Shown in pieces: positions 30,758 through 40,244 of a stretch of 64,000 nt of DNA (the stretch's first letter is position 1; each line of letters starts with the position of its first letter). The notes beneath the pieces were generated by a model that worked only from the letters and a program-made list of their open reading frames with translations, made no database searches and had not been told where the DNA came from. Location: positions 257,462 through 321,461 of the IMG/VR virus record IMGVR_UViG_3300023202_000247, one strand, 5' to 3'. Both the position numbers and the translations under genes were made by a program.

Positions 30758-31137
30758 CAAACGTTAAATATAGCATTAATGAAACTTTTTTTAGTGAAAT
30801 TAATTCAAAAGATAAAGCATATATTCTTGGTTTTATATGGGGCGACGGTTGCATTACTACTAAGCTGTATAGGTTAAGTATTGAACTAGCCTCTTCTGAT
30901 CTTGAAATATTATATTGCAAAAAACATAAAAATAGCACTAAGAAAAAGCTTAGGGAGGCGAATTTAGGTGAAAAATGCGGCAATTCAAAGCTTAAAGATA
31001 AAGATGTTGGCTTTATCAAAAGACATCCTAATCATAAAGCATCAGAGTTGGCCAAAATGTTTAATATCTCTCCAGGAACTGTCAGATCCATAAGACGGGG
31101 AGACACATGGTCTCATGTGAAAGTTAAGGAGGTTTAA
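30754..31137 (+). CDS. Truncated/chimeric homing-endonuclease remnant (LAGLIDADG N-half + NUMOD3-like + HTH)
   Basis: KAYILGFIWGDGCI, then KHKNSTKKKLREANLG, then ELAKMFNISPGTVRSIRRGDTW; only 127 aa. Confidence 0.6.
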   Translation: MTNVKYSINETFFSEINSKDKAYILGFIWGDGCITTKLYRLSIELASSDLEILYCKKHKNSTKKKLREANLGEKCGNSKLKDKDVGFIKRHPNHKASELAKMFNISPGTVRSIRRGDTWSHVKVKEV

Positions 31138-31138
31138 A

Positions 31139-32117
31139 ATGGTTAAGGTTTTGTTTTTGCCCCTTAACTATGGTTAGCGATGTTGTCCAACAAGGCGTTT
31201 ACGATGCTTTTGAAGAGGCTGGATGTGCACTAGAGGTGTTTGATTATTTCAAAAAATATCATCAAACTAAAAACATTCAAACAACACGCCAATCATTAAT
31301 TAACATTGCAAAACGATTCAAGCCTCACTTGATTCATTTGCAAATACAGCATACATCAATCATAGATTATAAAACCATTCAAAGATTGAAAGCTGAGAAC
31401 CCACGCACAATTGTTACAAATTGGACGGGTGATGTGCGCAACTACGTCCCCCCAACTTACAAGAAAATATCTGAAGTTGCTGATTTTAATTTAATATCAT
31501 CTACTGGGCAAATCTCTATGTTTGAAAACTCTCTTGGTAAGAGGGTTAACTATTGGCAAATTGGATTCAATCCAAAGTTGTATTTTCCCAAAAACAAAGG
31601 TGGTCAATTCAAGCACGATTGTGTATTCATAGGACATCACAATTCACGCGAAAACTATCCCGGTGCAGCTCAGCGTTTGAAGGCATGTACGCTTTTACGT
31701 CGTGCATTCAATGATAGGTTTTTATTGCATGGCTCTCATTGGCCAAAAAGCCTGAGAAGCCGTGGTGCATTGGATCAAAGAAAAGTTAATGAGGCGTATT
31801 CCAACTCTCTTTGTAATATAAGCATCAGCCATTATAATGATTTAGAAAACTATTTTTCTGATAGACTTTTGATGTGTATGGCTTCTGGAAGGCCAACCAT
31901 TGCATTGAAATTTCCAGGCTGGCAATCTTTTTTCGCAGATATGGGAGATATAGTTATTGCACGAAGTATAGATGAAATTCCAAACAAAGTGCGTATGTTG
32001 GTAGACAATCCCGATCTGGCTAATTACATCGGTCAAAACGGGGCTGCCAAGGTTATGGCAGAGCATACATACTATAGTCGCATAATAGAACTTTTAGAAA
32101 TGGTCAACTTGAGATAA
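31139..32117 (+). CDS. CgeB/DUF3880-like glycosyltransferase with an apparent +1 frameshift near 31175
   Basis: AAGGAGG RBS then ATG 31139 (MVKVLFLPLNYG*); main frame 31170-32117 has YFSDRLLMCMASG and GAAKVMAEHTYYSRI. Confidence 0.75.
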
Positions 32118-32847
32118 TAGCCTCAAACTCATCTTTTAGCTTTTCGTTCAAAGTCTTTTTCTCATCCCTGGTGAGCAAAGACATATCCATATTTGCTTTA
32201 GCTATCTTTGTGCTGTTGTTTGCTTGTGGATTGCCATATTTAAAGTTTGGCTTTCTCAAAACAAAATCACCTTTGATACGCCACATATCTTTTGCTCTTT
32301 CATTAAAATAAGCAATCGATTTGGCGTTGCCAGCATTGCATAGCTTTTCTAGACCAAGAACTATTTTATCTTTATTCGTATTTTTAACAGCATTAAGTAG
32401 CTGGTTATAATCCGCTAGAAACTTGTCCATTGGCATAAAGTTTCTATTATGTTGTTTGCTTAACAATTTGTAACTGTTGTATAAAGCTTTTGGTTCTCTA
32501 AATACAAATACCAATACGTTAGATTTATTCATCATTTTGCTGATGTATGGTTTCATCTTTCCATCATCTGGACGAAATGTCTCTTTAATACCACCAATGC
32601 TAAATGTATCATCATTGTTTAGCCTTTGTCGAGTTGCTCTAAAAACACTATCTGCATTGTTACAGTTTAAGTTTTTTAATTTATCAAATGTTATAGATTT
32701 GGGATTTGTTAAGTATATCCATTGTGGTTCACACAGGCAAAATCCATTGTCGAGTGAGTTCAAAATGTTACACACTATAGTTGTACCACCACGTGGTAAA
32801 CCGAGTACTGAAAAAAGTTGCTTGTTTTTTTGAGTTTCAATCTTCAT
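32104..32847 (-). CDS. Sulfotransferase (P-loop family)
   Basis: GLPRGGTT 5'-PSB loop; FVFREPKALYNS 3'-PB motif; start refined to 32847. Confidence 0.7.
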   Translation of the reverse strand: MKIETQKNKQLFSVLGLPRGGTTIVCNILNSLDNGFCLCEPQWIYLTNPKSITFDKLKNLNCNNADSVFRATRQRLNNDDTFSIGGIKETFRPDDGKMKPYISKMMNKSNVLVFVFREPKALYNSYKLLSKQHNRNFMPMDKFLADYNQLLNAVKNTNKDKIVLGLEKLCNAGNAKSIAYFNERAKDMWRIKGDFVLRKPNFKYGNPQANNSTKIAKANMDMSLLTRDEKKTLNEKLKDEFEAIISS

Positions 32848-32853
32848 ATTGAG

Positions 32854-32861
32854 TATATATA
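32854..32861. promoter_or_regulatory. Putative bidirectional late promoter core (TATATATA)
   Basis: Lies within a 16-bp gap between divergent ATGs at 32847(-) and 32864(+). Confidence 0.5.
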
Positions 32862-32863
32862 CC

Positions 32864-33505
32864 ATGGATAAATATAAGATAATAGCAGATCACTATGACG
32901 AATGCTTTAAAAAACACGGTGATACGGCTCAGGGGGCTGACTGGCCCAATGAAGAAGACCTGCAAGAGCGTTTTAAGGTTTTATCAGCAAATGTAAAACA
33001 ACAGTCAAGTTTAACAACGATATTAGACTTTGGGTGCGGCACTGGCCGTCTGTTATCTTATCTTTTGAATAATAAAAACTTTTTGTTTTTATATTATGGT
33101 GTTGATATAAATCAAGCAGTCATTGACGCTGCTGAGAAAAAATTTGATAATATAAATTTAGTAAAGTTTTATTGTCACGATTTAAGAGAAGATAATTTAT
33201 CATTGGCGCAAGATGCATCAACGACATTTGGTCATGTTATAGCCAATGGTGTTTTTACTGAAAAGCTTTCATTATCTGAAGATGACATGTGGGATTTTTT
33301 CACACAAAAAGTCGGTCTTCTTTGGAAACTTACCAAAAACTCTTTAGCATTCAATGTCATGAGTAAACACGTTGATTATGAACGAGATGACTTGTTTCAC
33401 GTGTCTTATGATAAAATGGCTTCTTTTGTTAGAACCATGACTAATGAATATGCATTTCGTTGTGATTATGGTTTATATGAATACACTGTGTACATGTATA
33501 GGTAA
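32864..33505 (+). CDS. Class I SAM-dependent methyltransferase
   Basis: ILDFGCGTG, YYGVDIN, VIANGVF; start refined to ATG 32864. Confidence 0.88.
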   Translation: MDKYKIIADHYDECFKKHGDTAQGADWPNEEDLQERFKVLSANVKQQSSLTTILDFGCGTGRLLSYLLNNKNFLFLYYGVDINQAVIDAAEKKFDNINLVKFYCHDLREDNLSLAQDASTTFGHVIANGVFTEKLSLSEDDMWDFFTQKVGLLWKLTKNSLAFNVMSKHVDYERDDLFHVSYDKMASFVRTMTNEYAFRCDYGLYEYTVYMYR

Positions 33506-33507
33506 AA

Positions 33508-34188
33508 ATGAATAAAGGTATTGTTATATTTGGAAACAAAGATTTTGCAGAATTAGCAAAGTTTTACATTGAAAATGATCCACCACATTATCATCATGTA
33601 TTTTATAATTCGCGAGTTTGTGCTTTTACAGTTGATGATGAATATGTGACAGAAAATTCGTTCAATGGTCTTCCAGTAATTCCGCTGAGTGAACTGGAAA
33701 AGCACCATCCGCCTGATGAATATCATATGTTTGCACCAATGAGCCATTCTAACATGAATGGTGACCGAAAATCAGTTGTTGAACGTTTGGAGAGCAAAAA
33801 CTATAAGATGATTAACTATGTTAGTTCTAAAGCAACTGTTCTATCCAAACTTCCATCGTTTTCCAATCTATTCATTTTAGAAGATAACACCATTCAGCCA
33901 TTTGTTAAAGTTGGAAAGAATATTGTTATGTGGAGTGGTAATCATATTGGACATCATAGTACAATAGGTGACGACGTTTTTTTCACATCACATGTTGTTT
34001 TGAGTGGTCATTGTAAAGTTGGCAACGGATCGTTTTTTGGCGTCAACTCTACGATTCGAGATGGTGTGAAAATTGGAGAAAAATCCTTGGTATCTATGGG
34101 GGCTTTAATTACCAAAGATACGGATTCTTGTGGTGTTTATATGGGAGTTCCAGCTAAGAAAATAAAAACTATCGATGAAGTGGGTTAA
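33508..34188 (+). CDS. NeuD/PglD-family sugar acetyltransferase (left-handed beta-helix)
   Basis: Hexapeptide repeats (IQPFVKVGKNIVMWSGNHIGHHSTIGDDVF), terminal YMGVPAKKI. Confidence 0.9.
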   Translation: MNKGIVIFGNKDFAELAKFYIENDPPHYHHVFYNSRVCAFTVDDEYVTENSFNGLPVIPLSELEKHHPPDEYHMFAPMSHSNMNGDRKSVVERLESKNYKMINYVSSKATVLSKLPSFSNLFILEDNTIQPFVKVGKNIVMWSGNHIGHHSTIGDDVFFTSHVVLSGHCKVGNGSFFGVNSTIRDGVKIGEKSLVSMGALITKDTDSCGVYMGVPAKKIKTIDEVG

Positions 34189-35095
34189 GCAAGGAAATAT
34201 ATTTTCGCGTCGACATGCACAAGTTCCAACGGTTGATGTGCTCGGAAAGACTTGGCGTGTGTACTATGCTTCTAGAGATTCTAGAAATAGAAGTTATACT
34301 ACATTTGTAGATTTAGATGCTGAGAACCCAAGACTCGTTTTGAATGATTTCAAAAAACCAATTTTGGATCTTGGAGCACCTGGGTGTTTTGATGACTGTG
34401 GTATAATGCCGAGTCATGTTATAAACATTGGTTCAGTTAAAAGAATGTATTATGTTGGATGGACCAAAAGACAGACGGTACCATATCACAATGGTATTGG
34501 TGTTGCCGAAAGTTATGACAATGGACTTACATATCACAAACTTTTTGATGGTCCTATCCTAACAACTACGGCGGAAGAACCATATTTTTGCGGAACATCA
34601 TGGGTAATTTTCGATGAAGAAGATGTGACATTTAAAATGTATTACATGTCTACTACTGAGTGGAGAGAAGTGGATGGTAAAATGGAGCCTCGATATCATA
34701 TTAAATATGCTGAAAGTATGGATGGTATCAAATGGGTTAGGGCTGGACACATTGCTGTCGATTATGCCAATGAAAATGAAGGTGGTCTGGTAAAGGCGAC
34801 CATCTTACGCAAAAAACACTATCACATGTGGTTTTCTCATAGAAGCATAAACGATTATAGACGCAATAAAGATAATACATATAAGATAGGTTACGCTACT
34901 AGTGAGACGGGGTTTTACTGGGAACGTAACGACGCGCAGGCAGGAATATCTCTTGGAGAAAATTCCTGGGATGATGAAATGATTTGCTACCCACATGTAT
35001 TTGAGCACAAAGGTAAAATACATATGTTGTATAATGGTAATGGTTTTGGAGCCACAGGTTTTGGCTGGGCTACGTTGGAGGACTTTAATGTCTGA
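34175..35095 (+). CDS. Five-bladed beta-propeller glycosidase-like protein (GH43/GH130 clan)
   Basis: Repeating blades: AQVPTV, PILDLG.PG.FDD.G, RMYYVG, IGVAES.D.G..W, MICYPHV, LYNGNGFG. Confidence 0.7.
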   Translation: MKWVKQGNIFSRRHAQVPTVDVLGKTWRVYYASRDSRNRSYTTFVDLDAENPRLVLNDFKKPILDLGAPGCFDDCGIMPSHVINIGSVKRMYYVGWTKRQTVPYHNGIGVAESYDNGLTYHKLFDGPILTTTAEEPYFCGTSWVIFDEEDVTFKMYYMSTTEWREVDGKMEPRYHIKYAESMDGIKWVRAGHIAVDYANENEGGLVKATILRKKHYHMWFSHRSINDYRRNKDNTYKIGYATSETGFYWERNDAQAGISLGENSWDDEMICYPHVFEHKGKIHMLYNGNGFGATGFGWATLEDFNV

Positions 35096-35966
35096 TTTTG
35101 TTAATGATTTTTTTAACTTTGTTGATGTTCATTCGGATGAATTTTGTGAAAATGGTTACGTGTTATTAAAACAAGTAATTGATGAAACAATATTAGATAT
35201 AATACGTACAGATGCTCAAACAGTATTTATAAATGCAGCACAGCATTCTGATATCATAGATACTGAAGAGCTATGGGATGACTCTGAAAAATTTGAAGAA
35301 AACGTTACGAGTTGGATGACACAACTCTTTCAAAAAGATTTTGAGTATTTTCTCAATTGTGGAAAGCTTGTTCAAAATTTACCAGAGCTGCACAAATTGG
35401 GATCATCTGATGCGCTAACGAATGCGATGCTTTCAATTGGAAATTATTTTCCTGTCATTTGTACTAGACCAGTTCTATATTTCAATATGAAACAGTTAGC
35501 TAAGGATGAGGTGTTTTATAAAAGCCCACCACATCAAGATTGGAGAAGCATGCAGGGAAGTTTGAATTCAGCAATTGCCTGGGTTCCTCTTTGCAACATC
35601 GATGATGATATGGGACCACTAGAAATTATTCCAAAGAGTCACAAGTGGGGATTACAAGAGACAGTTGAAGACAAGTGGTTCCGACACATTGATGGACTGG
35701 ACGATGATCAATTTGAAAAAGTTAATGTAGAAAAAGGCGATCTTCTTCTCTTCTCATCATTTTTGATTCATCGAAGCGGTAATAACACGTCCGACAAAAT
35801 TAGGTGGTCCTGTCATTTTCGTTACAATGATGCAAGTGAACCAACATTCATGGAACGAAAGCTTCCAACTCCTTATGTTTATAAACCACAACAAGAGTTG
35901 ATTACACCTGAGTTTCCTTCAGGTGAAGATATTAAAAGAATATTCACTCCAAGTAAAAAGAATTAA
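35088..35966 (+). CDS. Phytanoyl-CoA dioxygenase (PhyH) family 2OG-Fe(II) oxygenase
   Basis: PPHQDW (HxD), AWVPL, GPLEIIPKSH, IHRSGNN...R; start refined to 35088 after GGAGGA. Confidence 0.85.
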   Translation: MSDFVNDFFNFVDVHSDEFCENGYVLLKQVIDETILDIIRTDAQTVFINAAQHSDIIDTEELWDDSEKFEENVTSWMTQLFQKDFEYFLNCGKLVQNLPELHKLGSSDALTNAMLSIGNYFPVICTRPVLYFNMKQLAKDEVFYKSPPHQDWRSMQGSLNSAIAWVPLCNIDDDMGPLEIIPKSHKWGLQETVEDKWFRHIDGLDDDQFEKVNVEKGDLLLFSSFLIHRSGNNTSDKIRWSCHFRYNDASEPTFMERKLPTPYVYKPQQELITPEFPSGEDIKRIFTPSKKN

Positions 35967-36615
35967 GCCATCCATATATATCTGATTTACTATAAGTCAT
36001 CATTTGATGGATTATAGAAAGATAAGGAAAGTTTGATGGTATTTGTTTCATGTGAATAAATTTCAAGTCTATGTCGCCGAAATTTTTTTGGTCATATAAA
36101 TGTTTTCCGCCGGGTGCATTGATGTAACATTTGGCGGATTTCTTTTTGCAAATGTCTATAATGCGTTTACTCCCATGTAAATCACTTGTTTCCAACTCTG
36201 AAGACTTTGTAATTTTAGTTGTGATATCTAGATAATCACAAATCATTTTGATGCCCAACTCATTGAGCTGGGCAATTGTTTTGCTATCTGAGTTCAAACA
36301 ATCTGCCACCAAACTAAAAACTTTTACAAAGTATGGTGATCTTTTATAATTTAGGTCTATTGTTTTTAGTATTGAATTTTTCCATTTCCTGTCAGAATGA
36401 ATATAAGTTTCATTTATTTTTTTGTTTTGACTTGGTTTGTTAATAGAACATGAAATGTATTTCGGTTCATTACCGATCAATATTTGATTTCGATGCACCC
36501 AGCCACGTTTGATATAGTTGACATCATCGTATAAAACAAATTCATCAACTGCGTTTATCATTTGAAAATACCCAATATATGGAAAGAAATATGGTTGCAT
36601 TATAGCAAGTTTCAA
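35944..36615 (-). CDS. wbqC: WbqC-like family protein
   Basis: MKLAIMQPYFFPYIGYFQMI..VDEFVLYDDVNY; YINAPGG..LY. Confidence 0.9.
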   Translation of the reverse strand: MKLAIMQPYFFPYIGYFQMINAVDEFVLYDDVNYIKRGWVHRNQILIGNEPKYISCSINKPSQNKKINETYIHSDRKWKNSILKTIDLNYKRSPYFVKVFSLVADCLNSDSKTIAQLNELGIKMICDYLDITTKITKSSELETSDLHGSKRIIDICKKKSAKCYINAPGGKHLYDQKNFGDIDLKFIHMKQIPSNFPYLSIIHQMMTYSKSDIYGWLNSFYLE

Positions 36616-37628
36616 TTTATCCTCGCGAATTCTTTTATTGCGTTTATTATAGTTTCAATTTGATTTTTTGTCATAGAATCATTTAACGGAAAGTTTACTA
36701 TTCTGTTGTAGATATCGTTTGCGATGATATCATCTTCCAATAGCGGTTTATAGTATTTGCCGGTTATTATTCCAAGATTAGTAAAATACATATTATCAAC
36801 ATTATTGTTGAATAATACTGGTAGGTTGCCATATACTATTCCATCACTATAATTAAATAAATTTATGTTATCAGGTATGTTGTTTATTATTTGACTCTGA
36901 TTATAAATGTGCTTATCTTTGTTATATTTTTCGAGATGGGACAATATGTATGCGGCAGTTATATCGCTCATCTTGAAATTTGAAGACATAACATTAAAGT
37001 CTCTACTATGACGAAATCCGAAATTAGTTATCGACTCAACCGCTTCGTATTCATCTTTTGGTACAACTATGAAGCCACCTTCTCCGACACCAAGGTATTT
37101 GGTATGATGTAAGCTACCAAAACTATACTTTCCATAGTTACACATATTTCTACCATTTATGATAGATAGCGGTGAACTAGCATTATCAAATATGACAACT
37201 TTGTTTTTTAATGATGACCAATGTTCTATATTTGCATTTGACCCAAATGTATTTGTTATAATGATACCGTCATAATGATTACCAATATCAACAGGCAGTG
37301 TTTTCGTATCCGGATCTATTTTCTCGATGGAAACATCAAATGAATTTGATACAACTGATGATGGGAATGTGAACGATGGAGTAACCCATCGTAACTTACG
37401 TGCAGCATTTTGCTCTGCTAAAAACATCAAAACGTGTAATGCAGCTGTTCCGTTGGAAACGCATAGTATATCCTTATGATCGGAAAGTTCCAAAACATTA
37501 CGAAGTTCATTTTCTAGCATCCGTTTTACCGGACCACCATTAGTAAAATGATTCAGTTTGTTAGAGATGGAAAGCAGTTTACTAACCCGTTGGTTTTTCC
37601 AATGTTTTTTAGCTACAAAGTTAATCAT
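36612..37628 (-). CDS. DegT/DnrJ/EryC1/StrS PLP-dependent sugar aminotransferase
   Basis: FTNGGP, SNGTAALH, IFDNASS, SLHHTKYLGVGEGG (PLP Lys), NFKMSDITAA. Confidence 0.9.
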   Translation of the reverse strand: MINFVAKKHWKNQRVSKLLSISNKLNHFTNGGPVKRMLENELRNVLELSDHKDILCVSNGTAALHVLMFLAEQNAARKLRWVTPSFTFPSSVVSNSFDVSIEKIDPDTKTLPVDIGNHYDGIIITNTFGSNANIEHWSSLKNKVVIFDNASSPLSIINGRNMCNYGKYSFGSLHHTKYLGVGEGGFIVVPKDEYEAVESITNFGFRHSRDFNVMSSNFKMSDITAAYILSHLEKYNKDKHIYNQSQIINNIPDNINLFNYSDGIVYGNLPVLFNNNVDNMYFTNLGIITGKYYKPLLEDDIIANDIYNRIVNFPLNDSMTKNQIETIINAIKEFARIN

Positions 37629-37663
37629 GTTCTACAAATATGCATTCTGTGCCATATATTTTG

Positions 37664-38569
37664 ATGTTTCCAATTGTTTTAGCTAGTCATTTGGTAAGGT
37701 CTTCTAAGCCGGGGGAAATCCATGGTGGATTGTATCTTGCCAATTTTAACAATAAAAAATACGAATGTGTCATGGATTGGAGCGATCCAATAAATTGGCA
37801 AGGTCGTGGAGCAGATAGAGGTCTTCGCGGTGTATCTGTCGTTGATAAAAACACAATTTATGTACTTACATCACGCTCATTGCTTTTATTAGATGGCAAA
37901 TTTAGAGTTGTTAAAAGATTTGAAAATGAATATCTTTTGTTTTGTCATGAAACTTGTAGATTCAATAACAAGTTATTTATAGCTTCTACAGGATATGACT
38001 CGATTATTTCATTCAATTTAAATACTAAGAAGTTTGATGAGGGGTTTTGTGTTCGTGGTAAACGATTGAAAATATTCAATCCAAATCAAAAGGGACAATT
38101 GAAAGATAATGACACGATGCATATCAACAACGTTTATGCTGATGAGCGAGGTATTTTCTTTTGTGGGACAAGTTTGGACAAGTTGTATCGTATAAAAAAC
38201 AACAATGTTGAAATATACTGTAATTCTCCAAAAGGTACTCACAATTGTAGACCATTTAATAGTAGTGAGATAATATATAATGATACTAAAAGAAACTGTA
38301 CCGTAATTCGTAAAAACGGTGGGGGCGGTGAGTTCAAATTTCCAATAAAAGCAATTCCTCGTCAAAACATGACTAGTCTTCAAGGTAATGATGCCATTGC
38401 AAAACAGCCATTTGCTCGCGGATTAGTTGTTGACAAAGGTTACATCATAAATGGTTCATCTCCAGCATTACTTTCTTGTTATGACATATCTAGCAAGAAA
38501 AAGGTTAAAGAGATAAAAATGTCTAACGACATTAGGGTTACCATTCATGGTATGGCGGTGTATGAGTGA
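37664..38569 (+). CDS. Beta-propeller protein, function unknown
   Basis: Blade-like repeats (GLRGV, CHET..FNNKLFIASTGYD, MHINNV, FARGL); alternative start at 37640. Confidence 0.5.
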   Translation: MFPIVLASHLVRSSKPGEIHGGLYLANFNNKKYECVMDWSDPINWQGRGADRGLRGVSVVDKNTIYVLTSRSLLLLDGKFRVVKRFENEYLLFCHETCRFNNKLFIASTGYDSIISFNLNTKKFDEGFCVRGKRLKIFNPNQKGQLKDNDTMHINNVYADERGIFFCGTSLDKLYRIKNNNVEIYCNSPKGTHNCRPFNSSEIIYNDTKRNCTVIRKNGGGGEFKFPIKAIPRQNMTSLQGNDAIAKQPFARGLVVDKGYIINGSSPALLSCYDISSKKKVKEIKMSNDIRVTIHGMAVYE

Positions 38570-39324
38570 AAGCTTTGATTCTCACATATGATCGTCAAAT
38601 TTCTTTTGCAAATTTGGTAATAGAATCTTACAATCATTTATGGCCCGACAATGGTTTTGAGTGGATAGTACCATTCAATAATAAAAAACCAAACTTTACA
38701 ACAACCAAAAATATAAATTTTATTCAATCTCCAAGTATGATTCGTTCCACCGTAGAACGATTGCTTCACGGTTTGCCAAATGATGAATTTGTATTTTGGG
38801 CTTTTGACGATGTATATCCTCGCAAAATTGCCGACATAGATACGTTAAAAGCATCTAGAGATTTGATATACAATGGTAAACCAAACAGGTTTGATTCTAT
38901 TAGAATAGCTCATAGTATAGCAAACCCAAATGCTTGGAAAGGTGAAAAGGTTGATATCAATGGTACGAAGTACATTCATAAGAATGGTTTTGGTTCATTT
39001 TGGTTTCACCAATTCATAAATGTAAAAACACTGAAAAAGATATTTTTAAATAACAGGCTGAAACATAATTATTCTATTAGGCAGGTTAATTCGTTCCCAC
39101 CACATAAAGTGTTCATGCCCACCAAAAAGATTTGTTTCTTTGGTGAGACAGCTAGACACTCAGCAATGACGAAAAACGCTTACGATGATTTGAAGAAATA
39201 TGGTATAAAAATACCAAAAATACCATTTATGAAAACTGTAGTAATAGTTGACAATCATACTAAAGCTGGAAAAAACGAGCTACGTCTCGTAGCTCGTGGT
39301 CATAAACCACCGGTGATATCATGA
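38566..39324 (+). CDS. Putative GT-A-like glycosyltransferase
   Basis: ALILTYD..., FVFWAFDD (DxD-like); context. Confidence 0.4.
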   Translation: MKALILTYDRQISFANLVIESYNHLWPDNGFEWIVPFNNKKPNFTTTKNINFIQSPSMIRSTVERLLHGLPNDEFVFWAFDDVYPRKIADIDTLKASRDLIYNGKPNRFDSIRIAHSIANPNAWKGEKVDINGTKYIHKNGFGSFWFHQFINVKTLKKIFLNNRLKHNYSIRQVNSFPPHKVFMPTKKICFFGETARHSAMTKNAYDDLKKYGIKIPKIPFMKTVVIVDNHTKAGKNELRLVARGHKPPVIS

Positions 39325-40244
39325 CAAATTTGAGAAAAATGAAGCTGCATATGCAAAGCCCGGTACAAATGTATTACCCAGAACCGGAGTTTTTTATAGA
39401 AAAGATAAAGAATAAAGAGAGTTTTTATTTCATTCGTTTTCAAATTGAATGGTGGTTGATATTGCGTTTTGGTCTCTGGGCCATGGGGTACAAGGACAAA
39501 CCCGTTCCGAGGCATCTGTTCAAAGACAAACAGTTTCTAAAACGTTGGGGTAAAGAAGTTGTTAGGGCTTGGGATACAAAACGCAAGGGTAAAAAACGAA
39601 AATACAAATTTGATCCCAATGTATTTGCTGACTTGATTGAAATATCAGTTTCACCCAAACCTAAGGATTTTTACTTTGCATATAGTGATCGTGCATTTAG
39701 CAAGCACTTGCCGCCAAAAGCTTGGGATCATAGATGGAAGTGGACATCTGAATTTTTTCAACAATTGTTCCCGCCAGGTGAGATCAATTACTGTTCTTTA
39801 ATATTTAGAAACTGGGCACAATCTGGCAAAATTCATAAAATAATGGAAAGTGTGAAAAATGAAAACGTCTTAATCATCGGACCTTATTATTATAAAAATT
39901 TTGCTAATAAACTCGGCTTCAAGAATGCTAAATACATAGAGATACATCATACACATGCTACTATAAATATAGATAAAAAACTAAAAGAGATTCGGCGTAA
40001 GCGTCAAGAATGGTTTGGCGATGAATATGTATTTGGATTGGTGGTTGGCGGGGCTGCTGGCGCATGGCTAATTCGAAACATGTATGGAATGAAAAATACA
40101 TCTTTCATAGAGTTTGGCAGAGCTTTAGATGTTTACTACTATTATGATAAAGTTTATAAACAAATTCCACAATGGATTTGGGGAACATGGATGGAAAACC
40201 ACAAACCCAAATGGGTTGCAGAGCACAAGGAGTTGATACGATGA
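39321..40244 (+). CDS. Putative GT-D-fold-like glycosyltransferase
   Basis: YFIRF..E, NVLIIGP, LVVGGAAG, FIEFGRALD resemble GT-D-fold (DUF1792-like) proteins. Confidence 0.45.
   Translation: MTNLRKMKLHMQSPVQMYYPEPEFFIEKIKNKESFYFIRFQIEWWLILRFGLWAMGYKDKPVPRHLFKDKQFLKRWGKEVVRAWDTKRKGKKRKYKFDPNVFADLIEISVSPKPKDFYFAYSDRAFSKHLPPKAWDHRWKWTSEFFQQLFPPGEINYCSLIFRNWAQSGKIHKIMESVKNENVLIIGPYYYKNFANKLGFKNAKYIEIHHTHATINIDKKLKEIRRKRQEWFGDEYVFGLVVGGAAGAWLIRNMYGMKNTSFIEFGRALDVYYYYDKVYKQIPQWIWGTWMENHKPKWVAEHKELIR

Noticed and set aside
21530-32117. DNA hypermodification (glycosylated hmC/hmU) as the purpose of the GTs
   Set aside because: No hydroxymethylase, thymidylate-synthase homologue or other base-modifying gene recognised in the window, and the GT families are surface-glycan types. 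Not fully excluded, since such genes could lie elsewhere.
37640-37663. ORF-track start at 37640 for the propeller gene
   Set aside because: It would leave only 11 bp to the divergent DegT start and put the ATATAT element inside the CDS. ATG 37664 fits the pattern at the other junctions, though this is not proven.
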